From NCBI RefSeq assembly GCF_006345805.1, contig NC_043007.1:72230001-72294000 (forward strand): DNA of 64,000 bases, given 5' to 3'. The translations under genes were made by a program, and so were the position numbers. The notes under the pieces were generated by a model that worked only from the letters and a program-made list of their open reading frames with translations, was not told the origin of the DNA and made no database searches. How positions within the stretch are numbered: position 1 is the stretch's first letter; the number at the start of each line of letters is the position of its first letter. This DNA is from Octopus sinensis. Taxonomy: Eukaryota. Positions 38,878 to 51,908 of this stretch are shown here, one piece after another.

Positions 38878-39070
38878 ATACATATATATACATATATATA
38901 CATATATATATATATATGTATACATATATATATATATATATAATAATAATAAGGGTGAGAGAATTAGATACTAATTTAATAGTATATCTATTCTACACCA
39001 AGTGGCCTAGTGCTCCGAGAAACTGGATTATTATATATTTATAATATATTATAATATTTTTACAAAATAA

Positions 39071-39269
39071 ATAAGGAGTGGTCACTATAGCTCACTCTAG
39101 CACCAGTTAATCCAATAGGTTCAACCACAAAAATACATGTTTCCCATGAAAGTCAGTACGATTGTGAGCTAACAATCGTACTGACTTTCATGGGAAACAT
39201 GTATTTTTGTGGTTGAAACCTATTGGATTAACTGGTGCTAGAGTGAGCCATATAGTGACCACTCTCTTA

Positions 39270-39270
<1 letters not shown>
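39071..39270. repeat. Near-perfect ~200-bp palindrome
   Basis: 39071-39165 pairs with 39172-39270; centre GAGCTA. Confidence 0.95.
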
Positions 39271-39306
<36 letters not shown>

Positions 39307-39387
39307 ATATAAATATATTATATATATATATATATATACACACATATATATATATATATATTATATATATATATATAATATACATAT

Positions 39388-39429
<42 letters not shown>

Positions 39430-39431
39430 TA

Positions 39432-39461
<30 letters not shown>

Positions 39462-39462
<1 letters not shown>

Positions 39463-39880
39463 AATCCTTAAATCCTTAAAAATGTTTTAGCCTGAAGGCC
39501 GCGGCCATGCTGGGGCACCACCGCTGAATGAGCTACACTAATATGTGAATCCACCTCTGATACGTGGCACTTGATCAACAAGGGAGTTCGATGCCGCTGC
39601 CCGCATCTGTGTCTCCTGTCGTGAGGTAGGTTCATCTGGGACCCCCGACAAGAAGAGATCCAGTTTAGTTTTAAAGAAACCCACATCCACACCATGCAAG
39701 TCTCTCAGGCATTTAGGGAGGATGTTAAAGAGCTGAGGTCCTCTGAAACCCAAGCTGTTGCAGTATCTGGTCCTGTATTTTGATGGTGATGTTGGAATCT
39801 TTGGCACCATGCAGTGGCGCCCGTTCTGCGGTTGGGGTAACTTTGAATGCCAAAGTTTGGGACAAGAACTTCCATCCGAT
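39462..39880 (-). mobile_element. CR1/L2-like LINE, 5'-truncated 3' end
   Basis: RYCNSLGFRGPQLFNILPKCLRDLHGVDVGFFKTKLDLFLSGVPDEP; (TTTAAGGA)n-like tail. Confidence 0.9.
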
Positions 39881-40198
39881 TGGAATATATATATATATAT
39901 ATATATTCCAATATAGTTTGGAGATGATGTACAGGTATTTTATATTAGAAGAAATGAGGTACTCAGAAAATCGGATGGTTTATATTTACAGATATTTATT
40001 TGTATATTACATTTTTTATACACCATATAACTTAGATCGTGTATTAGCGCTTTCTCCCATTCTAGTGGGGTTTTCAAATCAAACCAAGTTTCTGTGTGAA
40101 AAGTTTTGACCATTTTATAGTGGTATTGAGTTTGTAGTGGTTGGGAGGAATATAAGACAGTACAAGAAGGTGATGGATGAGGAGAAAGTGAGAGAGAG

Positions 40199-40244
<46 letters not shown>

Positions 40245-40374
40245 CGTGCGTGTGTGTGTGTGTTTTTTATTTGGAATGAGTGCTAAAAGAAAAAAAAGAG
40301 GGGAAGGGAGAGGGAAGAAGAAGAAAATAATTTTTTTTTGCTCTGCTGGACAGGATGCTTACTCCAAGGGGGAC

Positions 40375-40572
40375 ATCGTTAGCTCCTACACGCATTTTTT
40401 CTCCCCTTGTTTCTCTCCTTGTTTTTTTTCTGTGTATCTTTCTGTCGAAGAGCGTAGGCTCGAAACGTAAAAGACTTGTTCTATTTCTATTCCTGAGCGC
40501 CATACTAATACATTTGTTTGTTTGTACTCCACCTGCCTACGTCTTTTGTTTATTTTCGTAAACCTTCCCGTT
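40375..40572 (+). mobile_element. H2 pLTR-like repeat with hammerhead-like motif at 40437-40474
   Basis: TCTTT CTGTCGA A GAGC gtag GCTC GAAA CGT A AAAGA. Confidence 0.78.
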
Positions 40573-40592
40573 ATATATATATATATATATAT

Positions 40593-40735
40593 GTACGACG
40601 GGCTTCTGTCTATCAAATCCACTCACAATACTTAGGTTGGGCCCATGCTGTAGTGGAAGATACCACACCGTGGGACTGAATCCAGAACCATATGGTTGGG
40701 AAGCAAACTTCTTATCACACAGCCACGCCTGCCCC
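40593..40735 (-). mobile_element. SINE family B, 5' half
   Basis: ACGACGGGCTT..GGGACTGAATCC..CACACAGCCACGCCTGC. Confidence 0.78.
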
Positions 40736-41620
40736 TATATGTGTGTGTGCGCGTGTGCGCGTGTGCGTGTGTGCGCGCGTGTATGTATATGTATAAATAT
40801 CGAATGTGATATACGTGATAGACTGAAGACCCAGCATTTGCTAAAATCTTGCACAATATTTATATAGATATATGCGTGAATAAAATATATTTATATATGC
40901 TTATATATATACATATATTTACACATATATACATACAAACATAATACACACACACGCACACACATATATACATACATACATGTATGCATACATATATACA
41001 GATATGTATGCATACATGCATCCATACAGATATGTATGCATACGTACATCCATACATACATGTATGCATACATACATGTATGCATACATACATGTATGCA
41101 TACGTACATACATACATATACACATATAAGATATGCGTGTATCTGTATGTGTGTAATCTATGCATATCTGTTAGTCCCACATACATATATATGTATGTGT
41201 GTGTTGTTGTTGTTGTTGTTGTTGTTGTGCCAGAGTATTCAAAGTTTATCAGATCCTCTATTCATTGTTATATCGTTAAGAGCGGACTTTCGAAGATTAT
41301 AATACAACTACAGATGATGATATCATCATGAAATGAAATAAAGGTCTGACAGTCTGGTATCTCAAGGAGAGCTTAACAAGTGTTTACGATTGAAGAACCC
41401 TTTATCCGTGCAATATGTCTAAAACTCTGCTCAAGTATTGCCAAGATAACCACTTACCTTCACGATTCCTATGAAAAGCAAACAAAAGCTTTTATAAAGG
41501 AATGTATCACTATTCACTTGCAAGCGAGCGTGTGGCTGTGAGAGTGTGTGTGTGTGTATACTTTGTATGAGTCTGTGTGTTGCGCGCGTGTGTATGCTTT
41601 ATATGAGTCTGTGTATAATT

Positions 41621-41662
<42 letters not shown>

Positions 41663-41883
41663 CCGTGTGTTTCTGAACGTGTGTTTGCTTGTGTGTGTGG
41701 GAGAGGGGTGTGCACGTAAGAGAGAGGGAATATGTGTGTGTGTTGTTTATGAGTCTGTTTGAGTGTGCGAGTGTATGTATGTGTGTGTTGCGTTTGTTTG
41801 TATGACTGTGCGTGCTTTTGTGTGTGTTTAAGAGTGTACGTGTATACACACAAACACATACATATACACATACACACACACAC

Positions 41884-41915
<32 letters not shown>

Positions 41916-42061
41916 ACACACACACAAAAACACACAAAAACACACACACACACACATAAAGACGTCTGTGTGTGTGTGTGTTATGTGTATGGACTGTATG
42001 TAATAGATTAAAGTGGAAGTGGGGTAGATCCGTCCTCTCCTGTGTTCTTGTTTGAAGATGT

Positions 42062-42161
42062 NNNNNNNNNNNNNNNNNNNNNNNNNNNNNNNNNNNNNNN
42101 NNNNNNNNNNNNNNNNNNNNNNNNNNNNNNNNNNNNNNNNNNNNNNNNNNNNNNNNNNNNN
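42062..42161. other. Assembly gap (100 N)
   Basis: Run of N. Confidence 1.
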
Positions 42162-42339
42162 AGTATGCATGTACGTATGTATGTATGTAAGTATGCATGT
42201 ACATACATGTGTATGTATATGTTGTATGCTTGTATGAAAGCATATATATGTATATGTATATATGTAGATGTCTGTGTGTGTGTGTGAGGTTACATATGTT
42301 TATATTATATATATATATGTGCGTGTGCGTATATATGTG

Positions 42340-42370
<31 letters not shown>

Positions 42371-42546
42371 AGAGAGAGAGAGAGGAGAGAGTGAGAGAGA
42401 GAGAGAGAAAGAGAAATAAATAGAAAGTTAAATGCATAGGTACATACACAGGTGCACACACATACATACACACACACCCACACACTTACACACACACACT
42501 ATATATATATATACAACATACATATATAGGCATGTATATGAATACC

Positions 42547-42588
<42 letters not shown>

Positions 42589-42690
42589 ATTATATATATT
42601 ATGGTGCTCCAGCATGCCGCAGTCAAATGACTGAAACAAGTAAATGAGTAAAAGCGTATATATACACACACACATATATATATACATACG

Positions 42691-42743
<53 letters not shown>

Positions 42744-42745
42744 TA

Positions 42746-42781
<36 letters not shown>

Positions 42782-43559
42782 AATATATTACTGTTTACAT
42801 ACATATTACATACAACATACATACATACATACCTACATACATACATACATATAGGCATGCATGCATGCATGTGTGTATGCATGTCTGTATGTTCGTGCGC
42901 GTGTTGTTTTATCGTCCCGTCTCTCATTCTCTCTTTAGCTAACTCACTATGACTCATTTCGAAATTAAACTTGTCATGCTATATACAAGAATGGGAGAAA
43001 TACGATAATAACAACCAGAAGAGCACATCATCAATCAAAATATAATCGCAGAGAAATATCTTGCAATCCATCGACGTCCGCGTTTGAAAGCGTCATTCTG
43101 ATCGGCAACTGAAGGTTCTGTAGAAAACTGATCCTCTCTCACCAGCCGCTTGATCTAAGAGGTTAACAATATTTACAAGGCTAATCATGATAAAGATGTT
43201 ATCTCATTGAATTAAACTTCACTTCTTTTAATCTTGTCGTTCTTATCTGAAGATCAATAGCGAGAAATTAATAATCACTCCAGTACCTACTCCGACATTC
43301 TCAACAACAATGTAAATAAATATATTGTCAACAACATCGATATCAGCTCTGTCGACTCTTGCACCAACAGCTGCCTCGTCGACGGCGACGACGATCACAG
43401 CAACAACGAAATACAACAGCAACAACAACAACAACAACAACGATAACAACAAAGAATGAAAAGGCCTACAATACTAGCAATAATCATATTGACAAAAACA
43501 ATAGGCAGCGTCTCTTCAGAGCAACTGGAATAACAGCAATATATCATCAATACGAGAAC

Positions 43560-44320
43560 CAACAATTCACCGTTAGTAGACCACCATCACTACCAGTACC
43601 ACCGCCACCACCACTACCACTACCACTACCACCACCACTACCACTACCACCGCTATCGTCACCAGCACCAGCATTACCATCACCATCACCACAACCCCCA
43701 CCGTCACCACAACCACCACCGTCACCAGCACAAGCACCACCGTCAACAGCGTCACCAGCACTAGCTCCACCGTCGCCGTACCACCACAACCACCATCATA
43801 GCCATCGTCACCAGCACCACCGCCACCACCACAACCACTACCACCACCACAACCACTACCACCACCACAACCACTACCACCGTCAACAGCGTCACCAGCA
43901 CCAGCACTACCATCACTACCACCACAACCATCACCATCACCATCACCGCCATCGTCACCAGCACCACCACCACATCACCGTCATCACAACCACCACCGTC
44001 GCCATACCACCACAACCACCATCATCGTCATCGTCACCAGCACCTGCACCACCATCAACAGCGTCACCAGCACCAGGCACCACATTACCGTTACCAAAAC
44101 CACTACCACCACATCTACCACCACCACCACCACCACCATCACCACCGCCACTAACACCACTACCACCACATCTAACACCACCACCGCCACTGACACCACT
44201 ACCACCACATCTACCACCACCACCACCACTACCACCACATCTACCACCACCACCACTACCACCACATCTACCATCCACCACCACCACCACCACCGCCACT
44301 AACACCACCACCACCAGCTG
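43560..44320. repeat. Compound (CAC/CAT/CCA) trinucleotide array
   Basis: Low complexity with recurring CAACAGCGTCACCAGCAC units. Confidence 0.9.
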
Positions 44321-44587
44321 CATCAACACTTACGGATGATCATAGCAGTGATGGCTTTCTTCATAACGCTGTTCAGTTAGGGCTGTTTTAAGACAAAACA
44401 ACAAGAACAATAACAGTTCAACAAGACGGAGAAAACTGTTTAAAGCCTCACTAATCTCCGTCAGTATTGAACATCAAATCATCTAATGTAGTTTTCAAAT
44501 AAAATATGTGTAAGGCGCAATACTGAGGACGTCAGGGTAAGTGGCGATGTAAAGGATCCTCTCTTTAGAAATAAAGTCAATTTCAAA

Positions 44588-44885
44588 TCTTTATATATAT
44601 AAAATTGAAGTTGTGTGTGTGAGACTCTGTCTCCTCCGATTTAGATTCCAAACTACTCCCGCATTTTGCGGTGCAGTTTAACCAAAAGTTAGTCCTAATT
44701 CATATCGAGCCCTTCTGGGTATTAACGCGCGTCTACGATGAGTCTACGATTTAAAAAAAAATTACCAGCATTTTTCCGCATTTTTAATGATTTTTGCTCG
44801 GGTTATATAAGGGAAGTAACTCTCTAAAAATGCTTATATAGTTATTTCCCTTACAAACCCGAGCAACGCCGGGCGATACCGCTAG
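44588..44885 (+). mobile_element. Non-autonomous Helitron-like element
   Basis: A|TC...ACCCGAGCAACGCCGGG..CTAG|T. Confidence 0.85.
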
Positions 44886-45054
44886 TTTAGTTATAATCTA
44901 ATAACACTGACTAGAGCCGTTGAATTCCATTTGGTATTTCATTCACTATTTTCATCTACATTCAACAAAGAAGTAACTTTTCAAGCTGTTCTATTTAAAG
45001 CCTGATCTGTATCTAAGTGATTCATCTATCCTGAAAGCTAACTTATAATCTTGC

Positions 45055-45225
45055 ACTTGTTTCGGTCAATAGACTGTGGCCATGCTGGAGCACCGCCTTG
45101 AATAATTTTTTAGTCAAATGAATCAACCGCAGTACTGCTTTTTTTAAGCCTGGTATTTATTCACACACACGCACACACACACACACACACACATACACAC
45201 ACACACACATATATATATGTGTGTG

Positions 45226-45256
<31 letters not shown>

Positions 45257-45421
45257 CAACGGGCTTCTTTCAGTTTCCGTCAACCAAATCCACTCACAAG
45301 TCTTTGGTCGGCTGGAGGCTAAAGTAGAAAACATTTGCCCAAGGTGCCACCCATCGAGATTGAACCCTCGGACAATGTGGTTGCGAAACAAACTTCTTAC
45401 GATACAGCCACGCCTGCGCCT
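45055..45421 (-). mobile_element. SINE family B, internally deleted
   Basis: Tail at 45055-45100, head ending CACGCCTGCGCCT. Confidence 0.82.
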
Positions 45422-45549
45422 TAGTGATTAAACTTACATCAGGGCGAGAATCAATCAAATATATACCATCCTGTAGTTCCTACGGCTATAACTCCGTTTA
45501 ACTATTCAACTTGTTTGAAAAACCCAATTCTTAAGTGAAAAATCATTAA

Positions 45550-45774
45550 AGGCGTAGAAGCGGCTGTGTGGTAAGTAGGTTGCTTACCAACCACATGGTT
45601 CCGGGTTCAGTCCCACTGCGTGGCACCTTGGGCAAGTGTGTTCTACTATAGCCTCGGGCCAACTAAATCCTTGTGGGTGGATTTGGTAGACGGAAACTGA
45701 AAGAAACCCGTCGTATATATCTATATATACATATATATATGTGTGTGTGTGTATACATATACATACATGCATAC

Positions 45775-45806
<32 letters not shown>

Positions 45807-46042
45807 ACGTGTACGTGTGTGTGTATGTTTGTGTGCCTATGTCTCCTCAGCATCGCTTGACAACCGATGCTGGTGTGTTTACGTCCCCGTAACTTAGCGG
45901 TTCGGCAAAAGAGACAGATAGAATAAGTACTAGGCTTACAAAGAACAAATCCTGGGGTCGATTTGCTCGACTAAAGGCGGTGCTCCAGCATGGCCACAGT
46001 CAAATGATTGAAACAAGTAAAATGGTAAAGAGTAAAGAGTAA
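45550..46042 (+). mobile_element. SINE family B, full length
   Basis: AGGCGTAGAAGCGGCTGTGTGG ... GTAAAGAGTAAAGAG. Confidence 0.92.
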
Positions 46043-46278
46043 ATGAGTGGCGAAGTTACTTTGGAACAAATTTATAAATGGCGGACACGTACCCAACTGA
46101 ATCAAATTCCATGGTTTCTCTGAAATTCCAAGATGTGCATAGAACTTCGGTTTGCCAACCGCCATTTTACCCTTGTGTGTGATTAAGCCAGCTAATATAA
46201 ATTATACATTCGTGAATAAAGGAAAGCTAGTTAGTATATGCTATAATATATTACCGGTTGATTACTATTTTTATGTTA

Positions 46279-46671
46279 TCTCTCTCTATATAAAGCTGAA
46301 GTTGTCTGTGTATGGCAGATTTGGTAGCCTTCAACTAACACTATCTCCTCCGAGACCCTGCGACGCAAGTTAGCCAAAATTGAGAGTATGATAGAGGAAG
46401 TTTTGCTCTTCCTTCCGTAGAAGAAAAAATTCAAATCGGACCATGTTAACACCAAAAATTATTTACATGAAAAAGGTGCTTTTTTTTCTATGAAAATCCC
46501 TATTTTTTACGATTTTTTTACTGCTGTGTCGCCATTTTTCAGTGTATTTCAACCAGAAAAATGTTCACTTACAGAGAATAACAAGCTACATAATGCAAAA
46601 TTTTTACTTTTCAAAAATTCCAATTGTAAAGGGTCGAAACAAATCCGAGCAACGCCGGGCGATACTGCTAG
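46279..46671 (+). mobile_element. Non-autonomous Helitron-like element
   Basis: A|TC...CCGAGCAACGCCGGG..CTAG|T; body shared with 23093. Confidence 0.88.
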
Positions 46672-47200
46672 TATTGTAATAAATTAAATAAGATTATTAG
46701 CTAAACTAGTAGTCCTGACTGGTTAAGTAAAACGAATGTAAGAGGAATGAACAGAGCAGAAGATGTGACATCAGCATGTACACATCACATCAACATGTAA
46801 GCTGATTGTCTGCATGAAGAAACATCGGGGGGGAATTATGCGAAATAAATTTTTAGAATAATCAATAAGAATGCTCAGCGTTTCTTGTGTTCACTTAATT
46901 CTCATGTTTTCATTTTAAATCATCAATGCCGGTGATCGTTCAGTAAGAATCGTTATGTGAGGTGTTTCTGTATTACAATGACTTGTGTATCAAAAACATT
47001 TAAGTTTTCACTAAGGTACATTCGTTATGCTTTTACTGGAAATCTTGAGTTAATGAAGTATTGGAACCAGGATTCCATGAATTTCTGCAAGACGAAACCG
47101 TTAAGAAATAGGTTCCAGTGAAGTTTCACGCAGAAATAAAATCTATGACAAACGGATTAAATATATTATTACCATTAGCTATTTTTCTTTTACTTTCTTT

Positions 47201-47275
<75 letters not shown>

Positions 47276-47596
47276 ACTGCTACAGTTGCTGCTCAAATCC
47301 CCCTCTCACCCTAAGGCCACTTTTCTATCACAGTGTTACCTTCTATTATATCATCAGTCAATCAGAAACTTATAATAAACTGACAGAAATCTTTCAAATG
47401 GACAACAATTAATGAAGATATTTTGGCTGTATTTTCTCCTGGTTCAGAGTAAAAACCGTATTATAAACTCTTTCTAATACAAACACATTTCATTTCTTAC
47501 CTGTAGTCGTATAGCTTCATTTGATCGTTTAATTCTCACATCTACTTATTCCCATGCAGATATTAAAAAATATATATCTAATTTGGTCTATTACGT

Positions 47597-47989
47597 ATTT
47601 CTTTATTGCCCACAAGGGTATAACATAGAGGGAACAAAGAAAGACAGACAAAGGGATTAAGTCGATTATATCAACTCCAGTGCGTAACTGGTACTTATTT
47701 AATCAACCCCGAAATCGGCGGAATTTGAACTTAGAACGTAGCGGCAGGCGAAATACCTACTTTTTACTACCTATAAGGGACTAAACACAGAGAGGACAAA
47801 CAAGGACAGATAAACGGATTAAGTCGATTATATCGACTCCAGTACGTAACTGGTACTTAATTTATCGATCCCGGAAGGATGAAAGGCAAAGTCGATCTCG
47901 GCGGAATTTGAACTGAGAACGTAACGGCAGACGAAATACGGCTACGCATTTCGCCTGGCGTACTAACGATTCTGCCAGCTCGCCGCCTT
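47597..47989 (-). mobile_element. Two abutting or nested family A1 SINEs
   Basis: Partial copy 47597-47758 followed by full copy 47759-47989. Confidence 0.88.
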
Positions 47990-48038
47990 AATTTGGTATG
48001 TTTCTGCTCTTCTAGCTTCTAGCCTGAGCAAAAACAGA

Positions 48039-48278
48039 GAGGGCGCGTGACTTAGTGGCCAGTGTATTCAGCTCATGATCGTAAAGCCGTGAGTTCGATC
48101 CTCGCCGGCGCTTTGTGTCACTGAGCAAAATACTTTATTTCTCATTGCTCCAGTCCACTCACTACATTAAAGGTACGCATGTCTGTGGAGTGCTCAGCCA
48201 TTTGCACGTTAATTTCACGAGCAGGCTGTTCCGTTGGTCGGATCAATTGGAACACCCGTCGTTACTGACGGAGAGCCA
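48039..48278 (+). mobile_element. SINE family E, internally deleted
   Basis: GGCGCGTGACTTAGTGG..GAGTTCGATCC..GTGTCACTGAGCAAAATAC..TTCACGAGCAGGCTGTTCC. Confidence 0.78.
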
Positions 48279-49399
48279 GGCAAAATAGATAAACAGAACC
48301 AAAATTTAATTTCACTCATTATATAGAGACTGTTGTTTTATATGCGGCCCCTGAGATCTATACATTTAATAGTTATTCTATGTAAAATGCAGAAGCCCAG
48401 TAATAAGAATGAATACATTTTATCCTGTTCTGGGATTCTAACCAAACCAGAATTCTCAGTGAGTGACCAACTCCACGTCGCTGCATTATCACCGTTGAAA
48501 TCTCAAAACTATCACGACGTTCCATCTTTTGTGATGTCACATAAAAGTTGTCAAAATGTTTTGCTAGCATGCTTTAAAGTTTATATTTACCAGTTCTTGT
48601 CAGAAATAGTCGCTACAAAAACGATAAATCAAACGAAAAAGAATTCCTTTTCTCTATCTTATCCAGTTGCTTGAGTTCGTTTCTCTATCAGAAAATAAGC
48701 CGCTGTAAAATTACTCGTTGATTAAAAGATTAGAAAATAGGGGAAGCTGGAAAACTTAAAAGAGGCTCCACTGGAACCCTGCTGAGTAAGCCTAACTAAA
48801 ATAAAAGTTCCTTAGCATACACAGAAGATGGAAATATTCACAAAAACCAAAGCTAGACTACTTTTATGACCGATTCTTGTGTATATGATATCTTTAATGA
48901 CTAAAATCTTGGCGTCAAAGCAAGCAGATTTTAGTTGAAGATAAGAAATTGAATGTTATATGAGTGTAAAGATATTTAAATAGGCAAAAGCTGAAGCCTG
49001 TGTTTGTCTTGTTAGTAAGGAATGGCAGCTAACAAACTGTTAGGTGAGGTATCTTGGAGTACAAAACATATAAAAGACCTCAAAAATAGAGGTTGACAAC
49101 AGCAAAGAAAGAAAGAAAAACGAACAGTAAGGATATTGAAATGTTATGAATCCTTTCAGAGTACATTATTAGTAGACGCTGGTAGACGAAGAATAAGGGT
49201 TTGTGACAGAAAACAAGTTGTAGACATGGATGAGCAGCACACAATATCATCCTTATACATATATACATATAAATACGCACATATATGTACATATACATAT
49301 ATATACACACACATGAGAGAGTAGGAGGGAGGGAGGGAGACAGACAGACAGAGTGAGAGAGAGAACCTGAACGTAACATTTACTAACCAATTATACCCA

Positions 49400-49630
49400 T
49401 TTTTTTACTACCCACAAGGGGCTAAACATAGAGGGGACAAACAAGGACAGACAAACGGATTAAGTCGATTATGTCGACCCCCAGTGCGTAACTGGTAATT
49501 AATTTATCGACCCCGAAAGGATGAAAGGCAAAGTCGACCTCGGCGGAATTTGAACTCAGAACGCAACGGCAGACGAAATACCGCTAAGCATTTCACCTGG
49601 CGTGCTAACATGTCTGCCAGCTCGCCGCCT
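49400..49630 (-). mobile_element. SINE family A1 with ~20-bp TSD
   Basis: TTTACTAACCAAT(T/C)ATACC at 49379 and 49631. Confidence 0.92.
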
Positions 49631-49913
49631 TTTACTAACCAATCATACCACATACGTTAATACACGTAGAAAGAGAAAACACTCGCACGCATTATATGTG
49701 TGCGTGTGCGTTTGTGTGTGAGAGTTTGTGAGTGTGTGTGCGTGTGAGTGTGTATGTGTATGAGTGCGTGTGTATCGTAAGTATAACTAAATAATATGTA
49801 GATGTAAATGATGTATATATATTTATTATGTAATATGAATAAATATAACTTATGTGGGGGAGGAGATTACTCTAGCTTTTGTGGTCCCACGCCGCTCTTT
49901 CTGGTCTTCAGTC

Positions 49914-50245
49914 AGTTAAGTTAAGTTAAGTTAAGTTAATTTTTTGGCTCAAAAAGCAAAAAACAAGGCCATGTAGGGGGACAGTGGAGTTATGTACAGG
50001 GAGGGTGTTCATCCAAAGAGTTCAGGCCATTTCTGGTCAAGAGAGACTTTGAACCGAGCGGTCGTCGGCATCTTCACTATCTCGTCCGGCAGCTTATTCC
50101 ACGGATCCGCAACCTGGACGGAGAAAGCCCCTCTCCTTCGATTGAGATGAAATCGTCGCAGATAGAGCTTTTCGGAGTGACTCCGCAGCCTACGCTCTGG
50201 AGCAGGAGTGAAGAACAGCTCTTTCGAGAGGTTACACTTTCCGCT
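49914..50245 (-). mobile_element. CR1 LINE 3' end with (TTAAC)n tail
   Basis: LRSHSEKLYLRRFHLNRRRGAFSVQVADPWNKLPDEIVKMPTTARFKVSLDQKW. Confidence 0.88.
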
Positions 50246-50291
50246 TATGATGTGTGTTTTGTTGATTTCGAAATATATATGACTTTTATCA

Positions 50292-51248
50292 TTTTCTTGT
50301 TTCAATCATTAGATTGCGGCCATGCTGGGGCACAACCTTGAAGAATTTTTAGTCGAATGTATCGACCCCAGTACATTTTTTTAAAGTCTGGTAATTATTT
50401 TAACGGCTCTTTTTGCCAAACCGCTAAGTTTTTGAGGACGTAAATAAGCCAGTACCCGTTGTCAAGCGGTGGTTGGGGGACAAGCACAAAAACGCACACA
50501 AACACACACACACACACACACACACATACAACACACATACTCGCACGAACACACACAAACATACACAAACACACACACATACAACACACATACTCGCACA
50601 AACACACACAAACGCACACACATACAACACACATACTCGCACAAACACACACACACATACAACACACATACTCGCACAAACACACACACATACAACACAC
50701 ATACTCGCACAAACACACACACATACAACACACATACTCGCACAAACACACACAAACACACACACATACTCGCACAAACACACACACACACATACAACAC
50801 ACATACTCGCACGAACACACACACATACTCGCACAAACACACAAACACACACACATACAACACACATACTCGCACAAACACACACACACACTACAACACA
50901 CATACTCGCACAAACACACACACATACAACACACATACTCGCACAAACACACACAAACACACACACATACAACACACATACTCGCACAAACACACACAAA
51001 CACACACACATACAACACACATACTCGCACAAACACACACAAACACATACACACACACATACTCGCACAAACACACTCACACACATATACGACGGGCTTC
51101 TTTTTGGTTCTACCAAATCCACTCCAAAGGTCTTGGTCGGCCCGAGACTATAGTAGAAGATACTTGCCCAAGGTGCTATGCAGTGGGACTGAACCTGGAA
51201 CCATGTGGTTGAGAAGCAAACTTCTTACCACACAGCATGCCTGCGCCT
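50292..51248 (-). mobile_element. SINE family B whose internal microsatellite has expanded into a minisatellite
   Basis: B tail 50292-50485, about 15 ACTCGCA-anchored units, B head 51088-51248. Confidence 0.88.
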
Positions 51249-51858
51249 ATATGGATGAAAATGTTACTAATGTAAACAAAATATATTTATACAATGAAAC
51301 GATATTGTATTCATATAAAAATATTATTTCTATTCGTAACGCACACATAAAAAGGCAACTGCAAGTCCCCAGACATTAATTAGTTACTAATTACAAAAAT
51401 AATTAATAAACAAAAATGCATTTGCAGATTCTGAATCTGGAATTATCAAAACATAAAAATTAGATGACGATTATTTTTTTAAAAATAAAAGCAAATAAAA
51501 ATATTAGCTTTGGGTTTAAAATATCGAAATAAATAGTCACCATGAATATTGGAGCTCAGAATATTTCTCTGAATAGGCTATGGTAAAACTGTAGGGGCGC
51601 GAAGCCTAGGGAGAGGATTTCATAGACAGAAACTGAAAGAAGCCAGTCACGCGCATGCGTGCGTACGCACACACACACGCGCGCGCGCGCGCGCGCGCAC
51701 ACACACACTCACACACATATACACACACACGCACACACACACACACACACACATGTATATATGTGATAATACCCAAATTATTTTTTTTCGTCATGGGGGT
51801 TACATGCTCCAATTTAAACTATTTTCTTTAGCCAAAACAAGTTTTATCCTTATAATGC

Positions 51859-51904
<46 letters not shown>

Positions 51905-51908
<4 letters not shown>

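Noticed and set aside
41599-42495. ORFs spanning the N gap
   Set aside because: Artefacts of unknown bases and microsatellite
43359-44339. 326-aa Pro/His-rich ORF
   Set aside because: Low-complexity triplet array, open in several frames on both strands
50490-51088. CRISPR-like regular repeat and Cys-rich ORFs
   Set aside because: Eukaryotic context, no unique spacers, no cas genes; CA-derived minisatellite inside a SINE
51650-51755. (CG)n/(CA)n potential Z-DNA tract
   Set aside because: Real alternating purine-pyrimidine sequence, but common in this window and with no functional context
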